This document shows positions 1 to 11,165 of a stretch of 22,209 nt of DNA, piece after piece. Under the pieces are notes generated by a model. The model ran no database searches and was not told the DNA's origin. It worked only from the letters and a program-made list of their open reading frames with translations. Each line of letters begins with the position of its first letter. Within the stretch, counting starts at the first letter, position 1. This DNA is from Ionaspis alba (Eukaryota): contig CAXUUL010000008.1 of assembly GCA_964255285.1 (NCBI GenBank), positions 62,001 to 84,209 on the forward strand, in the 5' to 3' direction. The position numbers were made by a program, and so were the translations under genes.

Positions 1-876
1 ACTGTCTTTGGTTTCATCGGCGGGTATGTCTCGGCTCGGATCTATAAAACATTTGGTGGGGATGCCTGGAAAAGAAGTATTGTTCTTACTCCGGTAATGG
101 TTCCTCTCACCGTGTTTGGAACTTTCTTCGTTCTCAACCTTTTCCTTTGGGCTCGAGGATCCAGCGGGGCAGTGCCATTTACTACCATGCTCGTTCTGGT
201 CGGGATCTGGTTCATGATCACTCTTCCCTTGAGTTTTGTTGGTAGCTGGATAGGTTTCAAGCAAACTGTAAGTTTGTTTTGAGAATACAGTCGAAGCGAT
301 ATATAACCTTTGCCAGGCATTCCAAGCACCGGTTCGCACAAATCAGATACCCCGACAGATACCTCCTAGCACCCACTACCTTCGCCCTTTGCCCTCGATG
401 CTTCTGGTGGGAGCACTTCCATTCGGCGCCATCTTCGTCGAACTTTACTTCATCATGGACAGTTTGTGGTTCGACAGAGTGTACTATATGTTTGGTTTCC
501 TATTCCTCTGTTACGGCATCATGATCATCATGTGCGCCTCTGTTACTATCATGTTCGTGTATTACCTACTCTGCGCCGAGGAATATCGCTGGCAGTGGAG
601 GGCTTTCAATGGTGCTGGAGCTGGCGCAGGCTTTGTCTTTGCATTCGCATTGATCTATTGGATACTTCGATTGCGCTTTTCGGGGCTCACCTCTGTGGTG
701 TTATTCGTGGGTTACAGTGCTCTCATAAGCTTCCTATTCTTTATTTTGACCGGTAAGTTGGTCCAAGCCTACTCCTCGGTGCAATACTGCGTCTAATTGC
801 TGCGACAGGAACCATTGGCTTCTTTTCGAGCTGGGCTTTCGTTCGGAAAATTTACAGCTCGATAAGGATTGACTAG
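1..876 (+). CDS. EMP70: TM9SF/EMP70 (endomembrane protein 70, nonaspanin), 3' part; exons <1-267, 317-752, 809-876
   Basis: Spliced translation gives family hallmarks: GYVSARIYK, SSGAVPFTT, PVRTNQIPRQIP, LPFGAIFVELYFI, LCAEEYRWQWRAF, GTIGFFSSWAFVRKIYSSIRID*. GT-AG introns 268-316 and 753-808 keep the frame. Confidence 0.96.
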
Positions 877-1260
877 TCGCAGGAAGATTTGAGCAGCATA
901 GTATCTTGCACTTAGATACAACAAACAAATCCCAGAGATACTATTTCGTCTGGACCAATGTGCTTCCGTTGTGAATCCTCTCTGACGTTTTCTTATTGCG
1001 CAAATGCTCCTCTTATCTGTATTGTACCGTTGACCAGGCAAACGACGCAAATGCTAGGAACTCTCCGTAGGCTAGCATAGGGTAATCATAAATAAGCGAG
1101 AACTCTATTTCCCGTAGGCACGACCTCGAACCCGCCTGTCCTTGTTGCTTTTGGGATATCTCATCCAAAAGCGTCCCTTGCCCTCGGTTGACGTCTCCCT
1201 TCAGTACCAGGACCAACGTTAGGCTCGGTTTCCAACTGCTGGATAGCTCTACGTCGAAAT

Positions 1261-1934
1261 ATGGCGACCTCAGCAGCGGCCGGGCTCCTTGGCCGCCAGC
1301 TCAAACAGATGCAAGGCGACAAGGACATCCCCGGGATAAGCTGCGGACTGGTGGACGATAACGTTTTCGAGTGGGAGGTGATGCTCATGATCTCAGATGA
1401 CTGTCGATACTACGGTGGCATGCTACCCGTCTACCTTCGCATTGGGCTCCGTTCCTCAGCTCTATGATTTGCAAGGATGAAGAGCTGATACTTTCGTGGG
1501 TCTAGGAGGATTTTTCCGTGCACATCTCACATTCCCGCCAGAGTACCCACTTTTACCACCGAAGATGAAGTTCGAGCCATCCTTATTCCATCCAAACAGT
1601 ATGTCCTCTTCTGTTCCTTTCGAATACTGTACACAATATATGGCCGCAGATTCGTAACTCGTGCGCCCCGTGTCTAGTCTATGAAAGTGGCGAAGTCTGC
1701 ATATCCATCCTCCATCCTCCCGAAGACGACAAGTACGGTTACGAGTCCGCTGCAGAGCGGTGGTCGCCAGTTCAGACGCCCGAGACAATACTGCTGAGTG
1801 TTATCAGTATGCTGAGCAGTCCCAACGACCAGAGCCCGGCGAATGTGGAAGCGGCAAGGCTGTGGAGGGAAGATTCGAAAGAGTTTCGGAGACGATGCCG
1901 AGCTTGCGTAAGGGCGAGTTTAGGGGATGAATGA
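1261..1934 (+). CDS. ubc15: Ubiquitin-conjugating enzyme E2, Ubc15/UBE2G (Ubc7/Cdc34-like acidic-loop class), 168 aa; exons 1261-1417, 1506-1598, 1678-1934
   Basis: Spliced protein has FPPEYP, the HPN motif, catalytic Cys in GEVCISILH, the acidic loop PPEDDKYGYESAAERWSPV and SPANVEAA. Exon lengths sum to 507 nt. Intron 1 donor is probably GC (1418); intron 2 is 1599-1677. Confidence 0.94.
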
Positions 1935-2940
1935 AGGCTTGATTCGGGAGACTGCGGGGGAGTCTGCCCAGATGTGCACAAGGACATAGGTGTGGAGGTG
2001 GAGATGTATTATGATCTAGACTTGGACTAGGATGAATCATACTTGGTGGTAGGTTTTGTACAGGAGTTCAAGCATAGGGATTCTGCCACGACCGGATACA
2101 AAAGCGGGTTGTGGTAGATCAGCTGAAAGGTATGCAGCTATTCAACAAGTCGTGTAGGTATGTGAAGCAACTTATGTATCATAATATAAACACCATCTTG
2201 CTACACTTTTGGCCTCATAGATGACCTTGTCAACGACATACTCTATCTCCTTCTCGACCTATCCTATTTGTCCATCGATTAGGTCTCGTTGGCTCACCGG
2301 TTTCCTCATAAGGACAGAACGCAACCAGTGAAGCCCTCGCGCTTCTTTTCAGCTCTCGATATTTGAGACACGTTCAGACCTGGCATATCGGCAGGATTTG
2401 ATCCAGACACCAAGTATCACGCCTTGACGGCTGTGAAAAGGCCATAAATACGCAGGATTAGGTTAGCTGCCGGGTAGTGTTCAACTACCTACAATACAGA
2501 TATGGTTCAGGAAATCTAAGTCGAATACGATCATCGTAAGCAACGGTGTAGGGCTTTGAGACTCGCTTGCGAAAATTAGGATCCGAGCAGGCCGGTCCAC
2601 GTTCCATAACAAGGGCGAGAAGACTCGAGAATTGGTGCAATTGCTCCTCGAGATCTACTGCTGCCAGCATAGTCCCTACTCGGAAAAATTGCACCCTCGG
2701 GCTGGATCTTGGAAGTAGGGCTGACTCGGTGACAGGTCCATCATGTATGTCGTCCTCGTGAATGTGTCTCGCTTGACAAAAAAACATTCTCGCCCCAACG
2801 ACCCATACTGGCGCGCCAGGCACCACCGACAGTTTGCCGTTCCTATTGTCTAGAAGAGATATAAGAGCCAAGGATAGTCGGAGATCTCTCGGCCGAGAAA
2901 ATAGCCTCGCTCATGCGCGAACCTTAAGGGTATCCTCCTA

Positions 2941-3112
2941 TAATTGCTAAAAAAAAATTCGTTAATTAAATAGTTCAATTATGCAGTGTTGTTCTACGCA
3001 TTTAACAATATATTTTAAAATATAAATAGCAACTTACAATATAAATATAACAACATAAAATCAGCAACGCCAAGCTAAGCTAATATATTAACGAAATTTT
3101 CTCTGGCAATTG
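2941..3112. mobile_element. MITE copy A (Tc1/mariner-like, non-autonomous), 172 bp
   Basis: 26-bp imperfect TIRs: TAATTGCTAAAAAAAAATTCGTTAAT (2941-2966) and reverse complement CAATTGCCAGAGAAAATTTCGTTAAT (3087-3112). TA on both sides (2939-2940, 3113-3114). Very AT-rich. Confidence 0.8.
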
Positions 3113-3180
3113 TAAATTTTAATATTTCGAATTTTTTCTTCCGCTGCAATTTAATTATAGTAGATTTTTTCCTATATTTA

Positions 3181-3332
3181 TAGTTGCCAAGGAAAATTTT
3201 GTTAATATATTGGTTTAATTTAGCGTTGTTGATTTTATACTATTATATTTATATTTTAAAGTATATTGTTTTATACGTAAAACAGCATTGTATAATTGAG
3301 CTATTTATTAACAAAACTTTCTTTGACAACTG
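3181..3332. mobile_element. MITE copy B, inverted relative to copy A, 152 bp
   Basis: TIRs TAGTTGCCAAGGAAAATTTTGTTAAT (3181-3206) and reverse complement CAGTTGTCAAAGAAAGTTTTGTTAAT (3307-3332). TA at 3179-3180 and 3333-3334. Its reverse complement aligns to copy A along the whole length apart from a ~20-bp indel. Confidence 0.8.
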
Positions 3333-4496
3333 TATAGAACTTGTTCGGTTACGAGCTAACGTGTTTTACTTCTGTCCTGTGCACGCGCACAACAATTGGG
3401 TGTATTATTGATTATATTTGCCCTCTTTTGTCGCACGCGTCTTAGAGCTGAAAATCCGTTCGCCGCATTGTTCTTGCTCACTCAATGGACCTGGGAAAGT
3501 AGTGTTGTCCGAATGGACTATTTGAGTAATCACAATGGACCACCATCGCTTTGATAACACCTCACTCGTCATCAAGCCTGGAGAAGAGGTCGCATTAGGC
3601 GGTGTACCGAAGGCCACATAGAACACCTGATCCACGAGGACCGCCAGCATTGGGACACAGCGATGAAGCAAAGAACAAGGCCATCGATATCAGAAACGAG
3701 GCGAGCGATGGAATAGGCAGACGATGAGTAACGGTGCAGTTCGGAGCAAATCCTAAACCCCCGAAGTAGTCCGGTTGAGATCGCTGTCGTGACATAACAA
3801 CGAACTGAGCACGCGAAAAAGCTACTTGCTGGATACCTCTCCATGTTCTCCAGCGAATGAACCACGTCAACGACGTGAAAGTGCTCGTTGAGTAATCATT
3901 GAGTGGCGGGAAGGTAGAGGTGAGTCGACACCTGGACTTCTCTTCCAACAAGCTTAGCAGCAAGCTTAGCAGCTAGCAGGCCATACAACAAGTGTGAGTT
4001 GGAAGAGGGGGTTCTCCTGGTTCTTTTCCTGCGGGTGGCATTCCTGCCATCGGGGACTTGCCTTCTTTGGCCTAGCAGCCGATATCAGAGAAAGCGTCGT
4101 AGACCCGATACTTGTATAGTCAGCAGAGCGACCTGCTCAGTATGGAATGGGTCAAGGAGACGGACCTGCAGAGAGATGCTTCCTTCCTTGCCATAGCGAG
4201 TCCATCAACTACCTATCATGCTCATGATGACGATGCCGATCCCGCGACTCCTTCCTTCTCCATTTTCCATTGCAGCTCCGTATGCACCTGCACCGGACGG
4301 GAAGGTATGCTGCGTCTTCGTCTTGCGCTTCCCCTTTCGAGCAGATCAGATAAACAACTGGACATTCTCCCTCGCAGCCTGCAATGTGGTCAGTCCGAGC
4401 TACTGTCAATCAGCTATTTATCTAAACCCAAGTCCACATGGCTCAGTCTCACGATTCTTCATCTTCTCGTGAGACGAGAAGCCACGTTTCTCCATC

Positions 4497-6624
4497 ATGC
4501 CATCCATTCTTTACTTCCTCCGTGTCCTTGCGGTATCTCTAGCTCTGTGCCCGAGCGCGAAAGCTCTCAATGTTTTTGAGCGGTTACGTGGTGGGGTGCC
4601 TGCAGGATGGAAATTCTCTAGCACTCCTCGACCTGGTGAGCTTGTCACGTTTCTTGACTTACGACACATTCTACGCACTCGATCTGCTGTCAGTCTGGAG
4701 TACTCGACAAGTCACCAGCTTGTCTTTCATAACCCTTGTTGCCTCTAACTCCATATCTTTCGTCTGTATCCTAAAGGTGGCTGACAAAACCAAAGATGAG
4801 CCAATCAAGCTCCGAGTAGCCCTCCAGCAGCAAAATTTAGCGCTCTTCGAACAGACCGTCTTGGAGGTTTCTACGCCGGACCATCCCAAGTATGGGAAGC
4901 ATATGGAGGGGCATGAAATCAAAGCCATGCTGAAGCCCACTCAAGCCGCCAGCGACGCTGTGATAAGCTGGTTACAGGACCACAATATCACCAATATCGA
5001 AGACGACGGCGACTGGGTCAACTTCAAGACTAACGTAGCCACCGCGAACAAGATACTCGATACCGAGTTCCAATGGTATGTCAGCGGCTATGAAGGCAAA
5101 GTGCGCCTTCGAACTCTCCAGTACTCGGTCCCCGATGAGGTTGCTCAGCACATCAATCTCGTTCAACCTACCACTAGATTCGGACAATTGAAGCCAATGC
5201 GATCGCTCATCTTGAAAAAGGAGTACGAGGGTCGAGCGAATGGTGTATCTCGTTGGGCCGCCGCCGCAGCCCGCAAATCCGGCATCGATGTTGCCTGCAA
5301 TACAACCATTACACCTCAGTGCCTGTTGCAGCTTTACAATGTACACTACAAAGCTCCGGCCAATACGACCAGCAAGGTTGCTTTTGCTTCGTTCCTGGAA
5401 GAATATGCTCGATACGCGGATCTTGCCAGATTCGAGACCGAGTACGCGCCATATGCTGTCGGCCAGAACTTCTCCGTCGTCTCCATCAACGGGGGTCTCA
5501 ACGACCAACTGGGCACGGAGGACAGTGGAGAAGCCAATCTTGATCTTCAGTATATTGTCGGAGTCAGCTCTCCGGTACCGGTGACCGAGTTCAGCACTGC
5601 TGGGAGAGGGTGAGAGTATTCCTTGGGTGATCGACTACGAATCGCTGGCTAATTCTTTACAGTCCTCTCGTGCCGGATTTGGATCAACCTACACAGGCGG
5701 ACAATTTCAACGAGCCGTATCTCGACTATCTCAATGGTGTCCTCAAGCTGCCAAATTCTGAGCTTCCGCAAGTAATCTCTCATTCGTATGGGGAGAACGA
5801 GCAAGTAAGTTTTCAAGCATCAACTATTGTGAAGACTGTCCCCAGGGACATCTAATCGACCTCAACAGTCTGTACCCGAATCCTTCGCGAAACAGGTCTG
5901 CAACATGTTCGCCCAGCTAGGCGGCCGTGGCGTCTCCGTCCTGTTTTCTTCCGGCGACAGTGGAGTCGGCGATGCCTGCATTTCCAATGACGGCAGGAAT
6001 ACCACTGAGTTCCAGCCTCAATTTCCTGCCGCGTGCCCTTTCTTGACATCTGTCGGCGGGACCCGCTATATTGAACCTGAGGTCGCCATTTACTTCTCCG
6101 GTGGCGGTTTCTCGCGCGTCTTCCCTCGGCCCTCCTATCAGAACCATGCGGTGAAGGAGTACCTCGGCATACTAGGGGACAAAAACAAAGGCTTCTTCGA
6201 TCCTCAAGGCCGCGGATTTCCCGATGTCGCTGCACAAGCTTATCGCTACAGAGTCGTAGACCAGGGCCGCGAGGCTCGTTTCCAGGGTACATCCTGTTCG
6301 GCCCCTGCCTTTGCAGGTGTCGTTGCCCTACTCAATGCGGCGCGACTATCATCGGGGCTCCCGGTTCTTGGTTTCCTCAATCCTTTCATCTACTCCACCG
6401 GTCGCCACGCCTTGAACGATATCACTGTTGGCGGTAGTACTGGGTGTGATGGTAATGCCAGCTTCCATGGTGCCCCGAACGGGAGTCCTATCATACCATA
6501 TGCGAGCTGGAACGCGACAAAAGGATGGGATCCTGTGACAGGATATGGAACTCCGAATTTCGGGAAGTTGCTCAAGCAAGTCGCGCCCAGGGTGGAGAAT
6601 GTCGGTGGACCTGTGCCAGGGTAG
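4497..6624 (+). CDS. Secreted tripeptidyl-peptidase / sedolisin (peptidase S53, SED2/TPP1-like), 616 aa; exons 4497-4635, 4796-5609, 5663-5804, 5869-6624
   Basis: Hydrophobic signal peptide; pro-kumamolisin-type prodomain ([20 protein letters not shown]); catalytic Glu/Asp in GEANLDLQY; oxyanion Asp in SSGDSG; catalytic Ser in GTSCSAP; Ca-binding region [13 protein letters not shown]. Three GT-AG introns give 1851 nt in frame. Confidence 0.96.
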
Positions 6625-6918
6625 GTAGAAGGCACAAACATTTAGTGCAACGGGCGAAAGAGCATACATAGTCACACTTTTAGAGGATTCATAGACATAT
6701 CGCATTTGTATCCTACTGCACAAAGCCCGTTCTCTTAAGTCCCGTGTATGATATGCCCGTCAGGATCTTGCAAGTCCCGTCTACTTTCTTGCATCCCAGA
6801 TCCTGTTTCCTTCGTTCCTCCTCATAACACACGTCCATCAAGTATCCGTCGCCAAAGACCTTGTGGGGACTTCATAAATTGAATACCAGCTGTTGGGTAC
6901 CAAAATTTGTCTTGCTGA

Positions 6919-8182
6919 ATGTCACCATCGTTCAGCAAACGGGAATTGATCACGAATCATTTCGACCTATCGATTGGCTCGGTGTCGAGCGATCAATCTC
7001 AACATCTGTTTATGGCGCTCATTGAGAAGATTAACGATCGTTATGTTGCACTCAAGGTCGATCATAGTAATCGAACACAATGAAGACACGATCTACTGTT
7101 TGCTGCATACATCACTACCAAAGCTTCACCTCGTAGCAGGCTGGATAAACAGGTCCACAAACTTGCCAGCTCTGAACAACACCGCATGTCATGTGGTACG
7201 AAGCAAACAGATGACATCAAACAAGAGCTTAAATGCTGTTCGAGATTTATAAGAAGCTTGACTGCAAACGCAAGTCCGAGTTCTATTTTCGTCATGTTCA
7301 AACAACACTGGACTCTGCTTCCTTACGCCCGCACCAGTATCGGACATGCGGACCTCGACGCCTTCGTCCTCGGAGACAATCCACTCGAGCAACTCACCGC
7401 GATCCCCAAGAGCCGCTCATACTAGAGAGAACACTGCATGCACGAGTCCTGGCTGGAACCAACGTTCGGATAAGCAACGTCATGAATCATCCTCCTCCAC
7501 CCGGTCCTCCGCCTCCTCATCCTTAACCGCCTCCACCTGGCCTGCTTCTCCCTTCCCACCCGAGGTGACCGAGGCGAGCATCGGCGCCATCATCCGCCTC
7601 GGTAGCCGCCTGACAGATCTCTGCGATATGGTGTCCTTATATACCGACTTCGAGACTGCGTGTACCGATCACGAGATGTACGTCTACATAACGCCTCATT
7701 ATGCTAACGAGATCTTCCGAGCATTTACGGCTGTTAGGCGGGCGTTGTGCGAGGTGATAAGCTTGCGGGAATATGGAATGGGAACGGTGGTGGCGGGTGC
7801 CGTGGAAAAGAGAGCCGCGGCTGTGGTGGAAGCAATGGCGGCATGGCGGCGAGATCGCAAGGAGGTCGGTAGCGATGGTAATAAGGAAGGCGCTTTCGTG
7901 ACGGTAGGTGATGACAAGAAGAAGGAGGAGGGAAGGGGGAAAGAAGATGCAAATGAGCAGGGCGGGCTGGAGGAGTTGGCCCACGTGGAAGAGACGGCCG
8001 GGAAAATCAAGGCCTCCGTTGGAGCTATAAGGAGAGTCCTCGACGAGACTGCTTGGAATGTGATAGGACAGAGTGAAGTGGGGCTGATGAGACACGGACT
8101 CATCGAGATGATCAAGGATACATGTACAAGTGAAGAAAATGACTATAATGCGCAGAAAAATAGAGTAGATTCGAAGAATTGA
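6919..8182 (+). pseudogene. Probable disrupted gene of unknown family; the 278-aa ORF 7346-8182 may be its intact 3' remnant
   Basis: Frame +1 from ATG 6919 reads protein-like, with C-ending codons (DLDAFVLGDNPLEQLTAIPK; IILLHPVLRLLILNRLHLACF). It is broken by stops at 7081, 7423, 7471 and 7483, then apparently shifts near 7560 into the frame of the long ORF (PEVTEASIGAIIRLGSRLTDLCDMVSLY...). Confidence 0.55.
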
Positions 8183-9940
8183 ATAGAGCATCTCGGTCCG
8201 CTTCTTCCTCTTACCAGTCTAGTACTCCAGATGTGTGTCAAACGCTTTGGACGTGCGCAGCACTGTATTGTAGGTATACTCTCACCCTTTTCCGTCTATT
8301 GAGTGTACCTGTCCACCAAATGTAAGCAAGCAACACGTGTTCCGCGCAAAAAGGGTAGAGATTACTCACGGAATGACTTCTCTGACTCTACCAAATTTCT
8401 ACTTTGCACCTTCAATAATCATACTAGGTGGCACAATGAGGTCTTCTCCAAGTCTACAACGGTATCAGCAACGATACGTATGGACGTTTTCTTCAACGGT
8501 GCCGTCGTACTTCGCGTAGAATCGATCGGTGTTGTGACATCGTTCTTGTCTCCGGTCTGGAGACCGTTTACCACCCGCAGGACGTCACTCGTTGTTTGTG
8601 CTCGTGCTCGCCAGATACGTTCCGGTCAGGCGAATCTTCTTAGCAGAGTTGACGACAAAAGTCCTGGGATTGGTGAAAGAGCGCCTTTTTCGTCGATTCG
8701 GTCCGAACTCGGGAGTCGACCATATAAGAGAACTATGCCAAGTTCCGGTCTGCATCTGCTATTATGGAGAAGGAGAAGGAAAACTTCGTAGCAGCAATTT
8801 CGTTGGTACCGTACATGCAACATCCATGGGAGGACCAATCATCAGCGGACTTGGAGGTATTGTGAGCCCTGGGTCTTGAGACGCTCTTCGACAACCAGTA
8901 TACCAATCCAACCAGTTTTACACTCCATTTCACCAACCCTGGTTACGATCTGGAGAACACACGTAGCTACGTAGCACAGATGGGAGTGAAACGAGGCGGA
9001 TGGTGAACGGAATGGCGAATTTGCTACCGGTGCACTGATGAAAGCCAACGTCGCCTAGGATGGTTTTGGCTATGAAGTTGAGTACAACACTGTCTGGTCG
9101 AAGACGTGGCTGCTCTTTCGCTAGACTGCTTGGTGTCGCGAAAGTACGGCGTGATGGCGTTCGTATGGAGACATCGGGTCATGGTGAGTTGAGCCGGGGG
9201 TGCTCTTAAAGACGCGGCGAGGAATGGAACGGGAGATAATGGTTTACCATGGCGAGGCTTAGAGTACCCTGGATCAGGGGAACAACTGGCCGGAAAATTA
9301 CCAATGTTCATCAGGCAGGACAAAGACTGCCAATAGGCTTATGATGGTTTGGTTGATCCGCAAACAATCAAAGGAATTGTCAACCCTGGTCAGAAAGATA
9401 TCACCACATGAACGAGCACTGAAACGCGGCCGCCGCAGAACGCCAATCGAAGTCTTCCAACTTGCGTATTAACAACATGCGGGATTGCGTGCCGCAAAGA
9501 GTGCAGCTTCATGATATGAGTGCAAAGTCTCCGAGCTCGTGTCATGTGGGTTTCCAGTGCTCGAAATCGAGCCGCAGAGCGATAGGGGCCGACCTCTCCA
9601 CTTTTCCAGCAATTCAAAGGCATGACGACATGAATTGTAATCGGCCTGTCAGCTGCATACTCCGACACATCGATAGTGTTAGGTTTTTATTTACATGAAG
9701 CAAGTTCAACGGAAGTTCACTGGACACCCATCTTACACTTTCTCGGCAACATGTCCAGCTTCAAATCCCCAGTTGATCCTCTCCGGTCCGGTAACTTTTC
9801 CCCCGTTATTAACATTCCTTCGCCTCCTTCAACGAGACCGCATCAACATCATACATCCACTCGAACGAGGAGCCAGTAACTTCGAATACAGGGGTATCAT
9901 AGAAAAGTACACTTAAAAGAGATGTGACGTGGACGGTAGG

Positions 9941-10964
9941 TCAGACCCCCAACAGGGCCATGCCCATCAGCGCAGCCCCTCCTAGAGGCCCTATCCAGTC
10001 TTGCAATGGTTGTAACGCGACCGCGCCCCCTGTGCTCGACATGGTACTGCTTGGGACGCTGGGCGTGACTGTAAGGGTCTTGGCTGGAACGGTCGTACCA
10101 GGGATGGTCGTGCCGGGGAATGTCGTTGCGTCCTGTGTGCTGACAACGGACATGGTACTTGAGCCAACCATGACAGTACTGATGGTTTCGGCGGGCATGA
10201 CGCGAGCGGAAATTGTCGTCGGGAGCACGGTAGTGCCTGGAATAGTTGTTGTATAGGTCGCTTGTCCACCAAGCGCGGTGACGGGAATGGCACTTCCCAC
10301 GCCGGCGCTGGTATAAGGTTTCGGTAGTGTCAGTGTCGAGGTGTTGGGCTTCGGAGGAAAGCGAGGCGGGCCGTAGATGTCGCCAGCTGCTCCGTTGGCA
10401 AGAGTGTAGTTGCCGGATATCAGATTGGCCTTGGAGCCATCGGTGGTCGTGTAGCTACCGGAGTCGATGGTGCCATAATCGCCGGTAGGGAGGAAGAAGT
10501 TCGTCGTGAACTTGTCCTGTCCACCAGTCAGCGAGGAAGGGGTGGATCTAGATTTTCACTGCGCGCATACGTAGCAAAAAGGTACATTGAAGTTCTTGAG
10601 AAGAAGACAGGATGTGCCGTCGACACCTAGAGCCAACGTCAGCCCGAACCACTCCAATGACCAAGGCCCTCGGGTATTACGCACAGCAGACATCGGCGCC
10701 AGAGTCTCTGCTTGACAACGCGTCTGCGTTCGCACGACCTTTCCTTTCTCCGAAGGAAATACCACGGATGGAATCTAGCAGATCCACATACATTGGCGAG
10801 AGCTCGTTGCCGATCGGAGGAACCTCGGTGCTGGACGCGCCTGGCGGGCTACATCTGGTGAGCTGGTCCCCACAATTCTGCCTTTCCACAAGTACGGAAG
10901 TCGCGACGCAAACGAACGGCAGAACGGAGAGGAAGGTCAGAACAACGAATTTGAAGGAAAGCAT
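9941..10964 (-). CDS. Secreted, putatively GPI-anchored Cys-containing, Thr/Ser-rich cell-surface protein, 303 aa; exons 10964-10685, 10626-10571, 10516-9941
   Basis: Signal peptide MLSFKFVVLTFLSVLPFVCVA; Cys-rich region (NC..TRC; VCCVDGTSC..PFCYDKFTTNFF); Thr-rich stalk with PGTT repeats; C-terminal STGGA plus a hydrophobic tail. Introns GTGCGT..TAG and GTATGC..CAG have GCTGAC branch sites. Total 912 nt in frame. Confidence 0.88.
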
Positions 10965-10979
10965 GTTGTTCGAAGGAAT

Positions 10980-11165
10980 GAAGAGGGAGCGTGAAGGGAA
11001 TGTGGAGTACACAGAATGAAAGGAAGAAGGAATGAAAGAAAGAAAATTTGGGGGAAGTGGCGGAAGGAGAGGAGAAGAAGAGGACAATGGTGAAAAGGAA
11101 GGCGGAGGAGGAGGGAGAGAGGAAGTGTGGGTAGGTTCAGAAAAAGCGTGACAAGAGAGGAAGGA
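10980..11165 (-). promoter_or_regulatory. Pyrimidine (CT)-rich tract upstream of the GPI-protein ATG (fungal promoter / 5' UTR)
   Basis: The + strand is heavily purine-rich, so the coding strand is CT-rich, immediately 5' of ATG 10964. Confidence 0.45.

Noticed and set aside
3184..3411. 75-aa Tyr/Ile-rich ORF
   Set aside because: It is an artefact of the AT-rich MITE.
4636..4795. Long first intron of the peptidase as a stwintron or alternative acceptor (CTAAC 4745, AAG 4774-4776)
   Set aside because: The upstream acceptor gives an immediate in-frame TGA, and no internal excision rebuilds a good donor.
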